A stretch of DNA of 64,000 nucleotides from Oopsacas minuta (Eukaryota > Animalia > Porifera). This document shows, piece by piece, positions 1 through 14,208 of the stretch. Numbering within the stretch: the first letter of the stretch is position 1; each line of letters opens with the position of its first letter. A model generated the notes under the pieces. The model worked only from the letters and a program-made list of their open reading frames with translations, was not told the origin of the DNA and did not search any database. The position numbers and the translations under genes are program-made. Where the stretch lies: the NCBI GenBank assembly GCA_024704765.1, contig JAKMXF010000344.1, positions 139,276 through 203,275 on the forward strand. Reading direction: 5' to 3'.

Positions 1-1036
1 TAGACACATAAGTAGTTTACTGAAACCACGACCAAAGTCTAATCCAAGCTTGAAATGAAGATCATGTACCGATATTTCTCCGCTGATATTAAAGATCTTT
101 TCTATCAGGGCATCGATATTGCAACATCTCACTATCCAGGAGTTCCTAAATTCTGACTTGTATTTCTCTTTACTATAGTCCAGCTCAATCTGGATGCATT
201 CGAATATTTCGTCGCACAACAAATGTCGTTCTCTATAGTAGCTATCCATTGATGGACATGGTGCTCCAACATCTCTAATAATTCGAGTTACTACCTTTAA
301 CTGCTTATTAGACAATGACATTCCTGAACACTTCAAATTCGTGATGTGAGAGAAATCCATTTTTGGTACTTTAGCTGGACGTTCGTCAGTACTGGAAAGG
401 AGATAGAAAGATGAAACGGATTCCCACCTGAAGTTTTGGGCAAATGAATTGAAGATTTGTTGTGGCTGCATTCATGTAATCTTTGGTATACATTATCACC
501 AACAATGTATCAATAGCGTTATGGTGTTCCAACATATTATGTGCGTTGGTAATCAATGTCTTTTTCAAACAGATATGACTAACTCCAGGACTAACACGAC
601 TGGCACATTTGTTACATATCTTGATCGTCTTTTGAGGTGAATTGATTGTTGGTCTTCCTGGCTTTATATGAATTATCGAAGATGAAGCTTGATTCTTGCG
701 ACCGAACCTGGAACTCTCGGTACACATTGAACATAAGTTCCCAATGCGGCAGGTATTTAAGCGCGTGTTACGAATTAAGGGCCAATCATATCGTGCGGGT
801 GTTTTCCTCGTCGTATCCCCTGAGGACAGAGTAAACAAGTAGGGCTTACAAGTATTACACACGATATAAGGGCGATTATCTTCTAAAATATTGATTGGTC
901 CCAAATATTGGTTGTATAATTCACCTAACTTTGTGTCCTTTAGGTGATTATTCCTCAAAACAATTTTGCCAACTTTCGAACAACACCAGCGACAAATTCT
1001 AGTTTTTGCATGTTCATGTTTCGTTTCTTCACTCAT
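1..1036 (-). mobile_element. Chapaev-type transposase remnant, frameshifted near 390-440, runs off the left edge
   Basis: ORF 386..1036 begins H-x7-C-R-W-C ... D-x2-P-x3-C-x2-C ... W ... C-x2-C ... GRK (Chapa / RAG1 N-terminal-like Cys-His pattern). Manual translation of 1-390 on - continues stop-free in another frame to ...LHFKLGLDFGRGFSKLLMCL, resembling the KIGIDGGGGFLK first-catalytic-Asp motif. Termini not identified. Confidence 0.65.
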
Positions 1037-1656
1037 TTGCTTTACCTGAATTAATCAATAATTACACGTATATATCCTAAATGTAATATCATACAAGTAC
1101 TACTTAGCTAGATTGAAAACTATTGCGTAAATTCCTACGTTTCATTTTGTTGCCATGGTAATGACATTTTGGATAGGAATTCGTTAAAAACAGCAATTCT
1201 ATTAGGTAACTAGTAATTAAATTGAATTCTAGAAAGAAGTATATCAGCGAAGAATCATGATAATATACTAAAAATGGAGATATGTTAAAATTATTGTAGC
1301 CAGAATTTTTTGATTTCATAAATTTTTGTATAATCTGTAAAACAATTTTAATGGTAGGAAAATTTTTGGCAGCGTATATTCGGATTCCTCATAAAATTCT
1401 GTATAAGAAAGTGAAAAAATCTCAACGACCTCATTTTTTTTGTCGTAATGTTTTTTCAGTTACCCTTGCGATGAAGAAACTTGTTGCTTTCGCTTTAAGT
1501 TCCATCAAGCCCTTGATGTAGGTATTTCTGGTGGAATAGAGCCATCTTGCAGAAACTTAAACATTTTACCAAATTCTTTTGACTCCATGGAAAACTTTCG
1601 CTAAATTTTATAAAATACTTGGTAAATAATTATGTAAAATAGAAAGTAGAAATGTA

Positions 1657-2992
1657 CAAAGGGATTTCAAGTAGTTCGTAACCCTAGCTATTGCTATTAA
1701 TGTTTAACCACATGTATTTACTATTTGCCTCTAATTTATAGCTTAGATTTTCGTCTATTTAGGACACTATACTTTGTGGAAATTGATCTAATATTTTTTG
1801 AGATACACCCTTTTGAAGATAGGTTATAGCAACCACAGAGGAATTTATGGCTTCAAAATCTGATGAATTTCTACTTGAACAAAGAGCATACATCAAAATA
1901 CGCTCATTACTCGGCGATATGCCAAGGAATATCCACCAAGATTTAGTACAGGTATATGGTGGGGAGGTCTGTTCGGAATCAACCGTTAAGAAGTGGAGTC
2001 TACGTTTTCGTGAAGGTAGGGTGTCGGTTGAAGATGACCCTCGGATGGGGCAACCTATAATTGCTACCACTGAAAACAATATTGCTCTTGTAGCTGAAAT
2101 GTGTGACTCTGATCCCCATATTACAATAGAGCAGTTAGCTACCAGCCTAACCTTGTCAACGGGAAGTGTTCATGCAATTCTGACCAAGCATCTTGGTATG
2201 TCCAAGGTTTGCTCACGTTGAGTCCCACATTTGTTGAATCAGACTCAAAAGAAGACCCGGGTGAGAATTGCAAAAAAATTGCTTGAAAAGTATGATCAAT
2301 GTGATGAGAGGCGACTATTTGAAATATGTACCGGTGATGAGACGTGGATAAGATATTCAGAGCCAACTCGCAAAGAACAGAACAAGGTATGGATTGTAAA
2401 AGGGAGTTCTCCCCCAGCACTACCAAGACCGGATCATTGGGCCACCAAAGTAATGTACACCATATTTTTCGATGCACATGGTCCGGTCTGTCAAATCTGT
2501 ACTCCTAAGGGGCAAACAGTTACCGGGCACTTTTATGCAACAGTTGTTCTTCCGGAAATCGAAAACCATCATATTGAACGTCGGCCAGCCACGGGTCTTA
2601 GAGGAATCAAAATTTTGCATGATAATGCCAGACCGCACAAATCTAAGGAAGTCAAGGAAAAGATTGCTTCTATAGGTCTTGAGGAATTGGAACATCCACC
2701 CTATAGCCCTGACCTAGCACCTTGCGACTTTTGGCTGTTCGATGGGCTCAAAAAGCACCTGGCAGGTACAGTTTTTGGAGAACGGATGCAAATTGGAAGG
2801 GCCATCCAACGGTACCTCAGAGACATACCACAAGAAGAGTATAAGAAAACATTTTTCAAGTGGATAGAGCGTTTGAAGCTTGTAGTTGAGTACAAGGGAG
2901 ACTACTTTGAGCATTTATAGTAGTATTTGAGGCTTATCTCACTTATATAACACAAATATTCTAAGAGTTACTAATTAAATGAATACCCTTTG
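1657..2992 (+). mobile_element. mariner (DD34D) transposon, nearly intact; single nonsense codon
   Basis: TA on both sides; imperfect TIRs (caaagggatttcaagtagttcgtaac vs caaagggtattcatttaattagtaac, 20/26). ORFs 1847..2221 and 2231..2920 share one frame, broken only by TGA replacing the W of WVPHLL. TGDETW, HDNARPH-x-SPDLAPCD with D34D spacing. Confidence 0.95.
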
Positions 2993-3181
2993 TACATTTC
3001 GGAGAGGGTGTATCTTAGAAGAAAACTAGAATTTGCAGTTCGTATATATTGGCTGAGAGTTTGTGACTATTGTCATGACAAACTGAAACTAATAGAATTT
3101 ACACAGATTTCTATGGATTCTAACTGCCCTAAACTATCATATTGCCTCAAAATATAATAGATGTTGAATATCTATGGTATG

Positions 3182-4486
3182 CGAGGGGCACTCGAAAAGT
3201 TTTGCCGTTTGATATGATACTATTAATCTGTCGGATATTTTTCCGCATCCATCATTTCAGACATATCTTTTTAGTCTATTTTGAAACTTTCATTCATTTA
3301 TCTCTTCTACTTTCATAAATTAGATAATTTTAGTATACATGCCTTCAAAAATATTTAAATCTAAATCAGATCTCACAAAACTTGATTTTCGAACAATGAT
3401 TTTGATCTTATTCAAACTACAGAAGACAAGAGTAGAAATCTATGAATCTTTACAGGAACATTTCCCGGATATAGCTCCTTCTCTAAGTATAGTTGAACGA
3501 TGGTACAGGGAATTTATTCACGGAAACTTTGTTCTCGAAGATGCTCCTCGTTCACGAAGACCGAATATTTCACATAATGAAGAAAATGTTAACGAAAGGC
3601 TAGATCTAATTACTAAAGATCCTTATATTACGTACGCTCAGTTAGGGTATGAAACCGAGTTATCATCGGGGACAATTAATATCATTTTGCACAAAGAGCT
3701 TTGTGTTAGAAAGTTGAGTGCCCGATGGATCCCCCATTCTTTGAACTTACAGCAAAAATATCCCGCATAGACTTTTGCAAAATTATGCTCAAAAGGTTTG
3801 CTAATGGAAGTTCAAGAGCTGTTTCTGAGATCCCTACAGGTGATGACACATGGATATACCATTATGATCCAGAAACAGGGCGAATGTCAAAAGAGTGGGT
3901 TGAAGAAGATGCCCCACCTCCAACCAAAGTACGGAGGGCTAGATCTGTAGGGAAACAAATGTGGGCGAGTTTTTCAGATCTAGTGAGTTTGTCGAAAAAG
4001 TTGCTCTCGAAGATAGAAAGACTGTTACTGCCGACTGGTACACTACAGTGGCCTACCCAAAGTCATCACAGCAATTGCGTCACAGCGGGAGAAGACAGGC
4101 ATTTGAGGTATTCTTCATCATCATGATAATGCATCATCGCATACGGCAATCAGAACTCGTGAGTTTTTGGAAAATTCTGGACTCAAAACATTACCTCACC
4201 CGCCGTAGAGTCCTGATTTAACCCCTTTCCACTTCTGGTTGTTCCCTAGACTCAAAGATCAATTATGTGGGAGGAGATTTTCGACTAATGAGGAGTTAAG
4301 AGGGGCACTTTGCCAAGCGATTGGGGACATACCCAAAGAAGAGTGGAAAAATGTTTTGATAATTGGTTTACCAGAATAAAACAATGTATAGATTATCAAG
4401 GAGAGTAATTTGAAAAATGTGAAAGTCAATTTTTTTATTACTATCTGATATATCGGTCAACGTCAAAACTTTTCGAGTGCCCTTCG
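3182..4486 (+). mobile_element. mariner (DD34D) transposon, frameshifted
   Basis: TIRs cgaggggcactcgaaaagttttgccg / cgtcaaaacttttcgagtgcccttcg; TA on the right, TG on the left. Fragments carry RWIPHSL, TGDDTW and HDNA-like motifs across ORFs 3339..3770, 3725..4126 and 3961..4221. Confidence 0.92.
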
Positions 4487-5762
4487 TAATTGTACAGGGT
4501 CTTAAAATATTATACAAAATACCTATAATGATTAATATTGTGAATGTTGATTATTGTGATTATATGCACTTAGCCTTCAGAATTGTTTCCTCACCCTATC
4601 CTTAAGCAACTATCAATTCTCCTAAAATTCCATATCCTAGGATTAATCTTTTTAACAAAAATATTAATAGTTCATGCAAATATATAATAACTCACAAATG
4701 TCTAACTGGCAGGCTAGTAGTGTAGTTCGTTCCTCTTGGTCGTGATTCTTACCAATCAACTGAATCATTAGTCGTTAAATTATGAACGCCGCTTTTGCCC
4801 CAGATTTTCTTTGAAAGTCAGGTGAGGGTAAGGTTAGGTCGTTCCCTTACCATTTGACAAGCCTAGCCTGTAGTTAACCAAAACTGGACACTCTTCATCT
4901 CTCCGAAAAATTAGTCGCTGGAAGCCAGGTCTGGACTATACCTTGGGTGAGGGAGCATTGGAAATTTTGTTTCTCTCTATGCATAATGAGCATTACATTC
5001 CTTAATTTTTTTAACTAACTCGGTTTAAGCATCTCCATTTACCATTACAAAATGTTGATCTCTTTACGCTTATGTATGTATACAGTGTAGCTTGCCTATG
5101 AGCAAGTCGTATTTTCACAAATTTCCTTTGCTTTCCTGCAAACTCCAGTATTAGAAGTATTGTTCCAGATACAAAATGGTATGTAATTCTTTCAGAACCT
5201 TGCTATCAGGCGAATATTACTAATGCTCGAATTGGCGAGAGGCGAACACCACTTTGTATACTGCTAACCTCTTTAATTCATGTGAACATTATTAATTAAA
5301 GGGGATGGTTAAGGGATGAGTGAAATTTGGTTTCTTAATCCGACGTTGCTACCTGAGTATTAATTTCCAGTCTGCTTCATATTCATAATTATTCGTGAAA
5401 TTAGTGAAATTTTTATTCACTATGTTTGTATTCTCTAGATTTTTCTATATATTATTTTGTAATTTGAAGTATTCTGCTACAATTATTATTTGTAGTTTTA
5501 GTTTCCTCCTACCTTTGCAAACAAGAGAAATCTTTGAGTGTCAATTATATTTATCCTATGTTAGTATTAAAAGTATCTGTTGTCTTATTAGATTCTTATC
5601 ATTCCTCACCAATGCTTTGAACTATTTATCTATAATTTGTAAGAATAACAATGAATAATTGTATCACCCTGTTGGAATTTCAATGTTTATTGTTTTGACA
5701 CATTTTGACAGTGTTCTTTATCCATTCACTTCTGTTCTCCTAAATATCTCTTTTCCTCTTAG

Positions 5763-6081
5763 TTTTTCATCCTTGACATTTTGTGAATTATGCGGTCAAG
5801 TCTTATGGGGTTTGTTCAGGCAAGGAATGCAATGTGAAGTTTGTGGAGTGACCTGCCATCGTAGATGTAAATCTGATATGCCTAATTTATGTGGAGTTAA
5901 TCAAAAATTATTAGCTGAAGCCCTTCTTGTTATTAAGTCCCAGAAGCATTCTACTAAGGGAAAGAATACAAACGAAGATCAAGAGGAAAATAATATTGAT
6001 GATAAGGTTATTCGATCTAAAATGCCATTACCTGATCTTCCTCCCCACGACACTGACAACCGTCAATTCCCTGGATCCAAG
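5763..6081 (+). CDS. PRKCD: novel PKC (delta/theta-like) internal exon: C1b domain and V3 hinge
   Basis: Acceptor ttttcctcttag (AG 5761-5762, phase 2); donor AAG|gtaaat (phase 0). Encodes FSSLTFCELCGQVLWGLFRQGMQCEVCGVTCHRRCKSDMPNLCGVNQKLLAEAL, a perfect C1 Cys/His spacing followed by the delta/theta-type NQKLLAEAL. Delta versus theta not resolved. Confidence 0.93.
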
Positions 6082-7373
6082 GTAAATCTGGAATTTTCTT
6101 ACATTTCCATTTAGAGTGGAAACCGTATATATCAAATGATATTTTGCACAACTTTCCTTTCTTATATTGAATTTTGCTATTAGGCGCACTAATTACCATT
6201 CAAAACCCCACTCTATATCCATGAAAAACATTGCCAATATGGGGTTTACTATAAGACTCATTGCTGATGGGCTGTTTCCATTGTATCTTTACTATCTTTG
6301 TGGCAGTTCCCTTACTATATCCATACTTTTGACTGCAATATTTATATATTAAGTATAGTTGAGATCTTCGTAAAACAGGACTTGCAACTCACATGTTTTT
6401 CATAAAACCATTGCCAGGGGCGCCTATAGGCATCCGCACTATAGGCATAAGCATATATTGAATTTATTAGTTCAATTATCGCTGGGGTGAGCAGCCTACT
6501 TCCTATTGGCTATAGTCTGGCCCGCCAGCCACACCAGTAATTACTATATAATTGCTATCAAACATAAATCTGCCGAAATACAAACTATGGTCTCAAAGAT
6601 ACCAAATTTGACTTAAATTCTATTACAGACCCACAACTTATTAGTCTCTTAGCTAAAATGCCTGAATAACCTCCACATATTTCTCACTCGCTCTACTAAC
6701 TCGTCAGAAAGATGTATTTATGCGTTTACAATAACTGCTCTTGCCAGTTGCATATAATGATTGCTCATGCTATCCTTCAACATATATGTAATAAAACATA
6801 TGCTATTTTGTATCAGGCAAAAATATCTTGCGAGGATTCCACCTTTGAAAATACGTCAAATTTTTAAGTCTTTCCCTCATTTAATAGTGATGGGGTTATT
6901 GCAACTATACATTTATGTATGACCTATTTAAATGTTGCCTGTCAACCTACGAATATCAATCCATATATGGCGATAATTTGAGGAATGTATACAAACATTT
7001 TCCTAGTAAGCATATATCTGTTGAACTTTGCCATTCTTTGATGCCTTGTAGAACTTCAAATATTGCTTGCTTTCATTTCAAAGTTAAATTAAGAAATGAT
7101 CTAAGGACTTTTTCACAAAATATACCAAAATTTGTTACAAATATTTAGATCGTTTATGAGTAACAGGAGCGACCATGGATAATACGTTTATGGGAATATC
7201 CAAATATAACTTGATAATTATTATTGTTAAATAAATATAGCCAGTCATGGCCTACGGTGATACATGCTGCTGAATCATAGTATACAGTCCAGTTTTTGAA
7301 GAGTCGATATTTGCAAAGGCAATACTTGTGATAGGCCTTAGGAATGTATTATCAACATATATAATTGTATTGT

Positions 7374-7780
7374 CAAAGTATACATATTTGTCGTCAAATT
7401 TGTGATTAGTCATCATCTGATCGCACAGTGTGCTATATTTACTACAACAAGTTCAAATTTTGAAGCTGTATTTAGACATTGTTTTCAAGATCTATAATGT
7501 CTATGTAATTGGCATAGATTATGATGAATTTATGTAGTTAATTCGAAAAATTTCAAAATTGCATTACCATAGGACACAGGAATGTGATCACATTCCAATC
7601 ATGTTATCAAAATTCTGCGAATCAACTAATTGATTCATCATAATCTATACCAATTAGATATTAGATCTTGAAAACAATTTCTAAATACAGTTTAGAAACT
7701 TGCTTTTGTTGCACTAATATAGCACATTCGCGACCTCAAGATAACTAATCATATATTTGACCACATACTTGTATACTTTG
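7374..7780. repeat. foldback / MITE-like element with ~165-bp diverged inverted arms
   Basis: Left arm caaagtatac...tagattatgatgaat (7374-7540) is the diverged reverse complement of gattcatcataatctatac...gtatactttg (7632-7780). No convincing TSD. Confidence 0.8.
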
Positions 7781-8758
7781 ATACTACGTGGATCAAACGT
7801 AATTTCAGTTTATAAGCCTTTACAAATTTCAGCTATTCAAAACTGGGCTCTCATTTTCCCATGATTCGGTCGCATGACTGTACATTCTTGAAAGACTTTT
7901 ACGATTATCGAGTTATATTTCCACATTCGTATAGATGTATTATCCATGTTCGCTCCTGTAACTCAAGGAGTAGAGAATTACATGATGACAAATTTTTGAT
8001 ATTTTTTAGAAAAACATCGAAATTACACTTTATAATATTTGACGTTCTACAAGGTATCTGCGAGGCAAATTTTCACATCTATTCTTACCTGGTAAATATT
8101 TTGGGATATTGCTTAATATCTTTAGACATATTTATTGAAATTTGTTGTTCTACGAATATTATATACATTTATTCGCAGAAGAATGCTAATGATGAAACTA
8201 GAAACAAACGAATAAACGAACTGATAACTAATACAAAGTAGACAACTCTTTTTAGAAACGGTTTATATACACAGGAACCGAAACACTGACAAGAGATATT
8301 CCCATTCAAGTACTCAAATTGTGAATTCATTATCTAGACAACACTAGAGTAAAGCCTGATACTAATCTATACAAAAATCATTACCGCAGTTTGAATACCC
8401 CAATAATCCTTGATCCCAGTAAGAATTTTGAACTAGAATTCCAAATACAACAATTATATTGTATATATATCACTAATTAATATGATCAAAGCCTACTATA
8501 GATAGGTGCTGTTTCATAGTATTGTGAGACGTATGGTAGAGTGAGACACTAGCATGAGACAGCCATGAATATGCTATTAATTATCCAATTGATTTCTTTA
8601 GATGCTATAGTAGATAGAGACCATGATCAATTATTTTAGTTCGTTTTTTCATTTGAAATTGATAATTTAAATATATCTATAATGAGAATGTACCCAATTT
8701 CTTGATTTTCACTTCAGAGCCGTGGATATTGAGAATTACGATCTCATCTGTATATTTT

Positions 8759-9095
8759 AGGGCGGTCGAAGCAGAGAATTATTGTAATTAAAACTCTCAG
8801 GAGACATCATGGGTTCCGACTGGATCCCAGTACGCATATGGCTGGTTGACATGACATTATTATTGCCTTCCCTGACTCAGGAGCATGCATCTGGTTATGA
8901 TTTTTGGGACCACAATCGGAGGGCTACCACTATATTGAATATCCCGAGTACATTTGTGCCCCACTCGGACAACGAACTAAAATTTCAAGTCATTGCCAAT
9001 GGAAATTCTTTACTGTATGTTGTTTGTGCAGTACAGATTCTGGATTAGAAGATCCCAATTCAAAAAGTGCTCAGCGGTGCCATTTGGTCCGCCTC
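8759..9095. mobile_element. possible hAT-like MITE
   Basis: Ends agggcggtcg / ggtccgcctc (imperfect inverted), flanked by direct tatatttt at 8751-8758 and 9096-9103. The AT-rich TSD could be chance. Confidence 0.35.
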
Positions 9096-9419
9096 TATAT
9101 TTTTTATGTTAATTAACATACGTACAGTTTGTCCCATTATTATTTAGAATTTTGTTTTCTTAATCCATTGTCTATATCAATACTATATTTAGTTCTTTTT
9201 CTAGACTGTTAGTGCATGTATGTAGATGTTCAAAAATGATTGCGAGTCAGCATGAGTCGAATTTTTTACAAATATTGTCCTATGTTAATATCTTTTATGA
9301 TGTCGTCAAGGTAATCAACATTTTTGACATACTTTCTTAATCAGTGTTTTTTGTTGAAAATATTTGCTCAGCATATTTGTTGTGCCTTATAATGAGAAGA
9401 GTATACAGATAAAATTCCT

Positions 9420-9960
9420 ATGGAAGATAAAAGTATACACCCAAGGATATTTCTCAGTTGGCGTCGCTCTTGCTACAGTGTACAGTGTGAAATCCAAGAT
9501 CCAGGCTACCGCGTCGATTGGACATTGAACTGGAGGTGGAAGGCCATCTAAACTCGCTCCACAAATATGTAGCAGCATTACCCAATAAATTCTATGGAGG
9601 CCAATTATTTCTCTCAGATTTATGGCTAGCAAATACCGGTCAAAGTCCCGTAAAATACACTAACTCGTTGTTTGCAAGAATTAGATTACGCCAAGCCAAA
9701 TCCGACTCCTATTCTAATGTTATCTGAGAAGGAGCGATTGAGAAGGCTTGAATTGTGTCACATAAATTTCGAAATGACCTGGGAAGACACTATCTTCGCT
9801 GACGAAGCATCCATCTGGATAAATAAAGGCGAGTTCGTTTGTGGACCAAGAAAGGCAGCATCAGGATTGTCCCAACAGTAAAACACGCCCAGGAATACAT
9901 TTATGTGCAGCATTTTCATCGCCGGGCACCTTCTAATTGTGGATTTTCAGGGATAATCAT
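9420..9960 (+). mobile_element. degenerate Tc1-like transposase remnant
   Basis: Manual translation gives GVALATVYSVKSK...GGGRPSKL (HTH/GRP); ORF 9672..9881 gives RRLELC...WEDTIFADEASIW (first catalytic D). Several stops; no TIRs found. Confidence 0.7.
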
Positions 9961-12900
9961 ACTAATTTTCGTCATTATTTTATCATTTTGACGCTACACG
10001 AGGTATACACTTTATATTATGGCCAAGGCATAGGAAAGTAAACGTGCAACTGATGCTGAATGAATGTTTTCCGATGGTTCCCTGATCTCCATCATGTTCT
10101 AAGCCAGGATCCTCCAGGTGCAGAGCTGGCAACGTTGAGCAATCTTTTATTCCGATGAACGTTAGGGCGTGTCGGCCGCCTTTGTGGTGATTCTGCTCCT
10201 ATTCTCGTCTCAAGTGATTATCTAGGAGTGTCAGAACCTCCTCTAGGCGCACGATTTATATAAAATGTATTTTAAGAGCTTGTAAATTGAGGATCTTTCC
10301 CTATACCGTAATGATAATTCCATATTTAGACTTATGGCAATTCAGGAAGTGGAGTGCTAAGAGCGTGCTTAGGATACGCTGAATAACCCCTGTTTATACT
10401 ATATCAGAAACTGAGAATAGAACTATTCAAAACTTCATAGCTACTTTGCTATTTGAATAGGAGCCCGATCGAAATATATAATACATGTTCTCCCTGTGGG
10501 GTATCGGATAATCTATAAAATCTCAGACTCTGCCTTTTGACTAAATGCATATTTCATGCCCATATTTAGATTGTTGAACACTTATGATGTGTCTAGAGGT
10601 CAAGTGTTGTTAATCGAGGGTCACTATAAGGGTATCAACTGTTCCTCTTCAATTTTTTATCTGAGAAGATATGTTTTTCTTACTAATTCACAATGTGACT
10701 CATTTCCAAAATTCTTTCTTTCTTTCGATTAGAAATTACTGACGTCTGGATTTTCGAGTTATGACCACCTTTTGTACCTCCTAAATATGACCGTAATCTG
10801 CGATACCTTAAATTCTTCAGCAAATATACCTAATATTAGCATCCTTCATTAAAAATTGGCAAAGCTATTCACTTTTGGCATTTCTAGACATTTTGAGAAA
10901 TTTTAACTTTTGTAAGGTCAAAATTTCGAAAATATTTCGACTTCGTTCTATCTGCGCTTGTTTTTCTGCCTCAGGCCTTAGCTTCAAACACAGAGTTATT
11001 TTCTTTAAAGGTTGTAATCAATACATTTCAATTTCTCATAACTTCACACCGACGTAACTTTGGAATTTTTGGTGCTACAGGTTCATAGCCAGTTTCTTTG
11101 GATATGCCCTGTTGCATAGATTTCCTAGACATCTGAATAGAAAGTGTATGTACAAGGTGTTCGGGTAATCGTGGATGTACCATATTGAGATTTCGGCTAC
11201 AGGTTCACAGTTGCTCCAATATTTGTAACATATTGTATAGGATTTCTTTCAACCTTCTCCCTTGCCTTGATTGAACTCCATCGTTAAATCAGATGTTTCC
11301 GAATCTAGTGGATGTAATTGACGCTGGTCCGTTCATACAAATGACTGCGAGATCTATGCAACAGGCCTAACAATTTCTTATTTTCATGCACTTATAGTTT
11401 CCTCATGGGATTAAACTTTTTGCATAAATGTGCTCAACTGGGATTTTTCCTAGCTTTTAAAAATTTATTATATCAATGAGCACAGTTCAGTAATAAGTAT
11501 CCAAAATAAAATACTAACACAATGAAAGACTATTTCCAGCCAAATTCACCGAAAAATGTCCCAATTAGCCGTTTTAGGGAAACATATGCCTATGGGCGAG
11601 TTTTAAAAAAGTTATTTGGAAAAAGATACTTCTCCGTTCTCTATTAACTGAATACTTGCAGTAATTGTGTCATTTTATGACTTCAAAAGGTGCTGAAATC
11701 TCGATTTAGGTGCAAAATTTGTTAAAACGAGTTGGTAAAATTCACTTGTTCCATTTTGGTACGACGATGCCTCTCGGTCATTATCGGTTGATATGTACAC
11801 TCTGACATTCCTCTGGTTTTTCGTATTAACAAAGTCCTCTGCAATATTATAATCTTTACTAATAGTTTAGTCAAGGTATGTGCCATCTCATCCGTGTTCA
11901 AAGGGGTTATCAGGCCTAATTAGGTTAAGAACCACTGCTCGACTGTATTTATGATTAAATAATTTTGTTAAGAGTTATCATATCAAATTGGATTAGATGT
12001 GTATTGAAGTCTGCTATTTCCTGCGAATTGACTATACTGATTGGGCAAAAGCTTTTAAGATTCTTAAGTTATATTTGAATATGATTCAATTGTGTAATCC
12101 ATGCTATCTACTCACAAGAATTAGCCAACTTTGTAATTTCATTTTTATTTTTTGTTTTAAAGTATTTATAGATCATTTATTGTGTTCACTTTGTTATGGA
12201 AGTTGCTAATTTGGCATTCTACAAAGCCACATATTTATTTATTAATTTTTATCCAAATAAACGCTTAATAGACACATTTTCCACATTCCTGAGATATTAA
12301 CATGCTTGAAAATTTGTTCTACATAACCGTAATACATGTATTCTGTCAAAATGAGTAGTTTCTGTTTAGAATAGAAACTATTAACAAATACTTGGTTCGG
12401 CTCATGTATCCATAGTCCAAAATCTTAAATTTCTTATGGGGCCTTAGGTATAATATGCCTTGATAATTTTCCCACCTTAACTACCCATTTCGTTTCTTGT
12501 CTTTGAACAATGTTCACACTCCGCTTCTGATGCTATCCTGGCATTTCTAGTTCTAGTTAATGTGTGACATCATAGCTCACAAGAAGTATTTCTACGCCCA
12601 AAGTGCAACTATCTGACATTTCTAGTTCTTAAGTGTTCCTTAATGAGTGAATATTTTAGTCCACCCTCCTTCTATTTGTATGTCAGTAATTTTCCTCTTC
12701 ACAAAAATCCCTTTAATCATTTCAAGTTATGATTTGTATGCGACATCATTTGGGCTACCTCAATGCGGTAAATTTTTAGCTTCATTTCAAATGTTTTCTG
12801 ATCGTTCTTTCTATTTATTTTTCTAATTTATAATGGGCATCCTCCCTGTATATTTCTAGCAATTCCTTTAGATTTTGGTTCCCATTCATTCCACTCTATT

Positions 12901-13286
12901 GAATTTTGCATCCTAAAATTATGCTCTACAAAAATCAATGAAAAAATGTATTACCAGTTGACAATATCCATGCCAACTACCTTCGAAAGGCATAAAGAGG
13001 ATAATGTAAGTGTCACCTCTCTCAGAATTTGTTGTACCACTGTTTCAATTATCGCATTTTTAGTATATTTAACAAAATTTCCTTCGATTTTGTCAGTCCT
13101 GTTTTCTTTGAATGACCCAGTGGATATTACTCGTATTTGAAAAGTTTGTGGTAATGATTCGTTACTACTATAAGTTCATGAAATCTTTCGAGTTGTATTT
13201 TGGGAAATTTCATTAACACATGAATGTTCCTGAAATAATTTTTAGCTTCTTTGTCTTCGACTTCGTCATTATTTGGGCTTTTCTAG

Positions 13287-13883
<597 letters not shown>

Positions 13884-14062
13884 TGATGTTCTTATTCTAT
13901 TCTTTTTCTTGCCCACATGTCACATTCCAAACCGTTCATAATATGTATGCTATCTAAATAGCTTGTCAATATTAGTACTTATTTCACTGAGTTGACTTAG
14001 GTTACTGTGGGAAATATTCGTACCTTAATGTTAAAATTTTATTATTACTCCAGAATCGATAA

Positions 14063-14208
14063 CAGAGGCGTGGCTAGTTTTTCATCTTTGAAGTTGCCAC
14101 TGGAGTTGTTATCAAACCTTATAGTAACGAGATTGGGTATATCCCTAGTAATTCAAGGGTTGCTGACAGTAACATAGGGTTGCCTGCAACCCTATAGCCA
14201 CGCCTATG
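14063..14208. mobile_element. 146-bp hAT-type MITE
   Basis: TIR cagaggcgtggcta / tagccacgcctatg (13/14); 8-bp TSD atcgataa / gtcgatac (6/8). Confidence 0.7.

Noticed and set aside
5659-5762. Hydrophobic N-terminus of ORF 5659..6114 as a signal or TM segment on the C1 domain
   Set aside because: It is the intronic polypyrimidine tract read in frame upstream of the acceptor AG.
6415-6540. Small hAT MITE starting caggggcgcc
   Set aside because: No convincing complementary right end or TSD.
10600-11760. Non-autonomous DNA element, or a U2 5'-end-like match (ggtcaagtgttgt)
   Set aside because: No paired TIR or TSD found; the U2-like match is short and lacks the GTAGTA branch-site motif.
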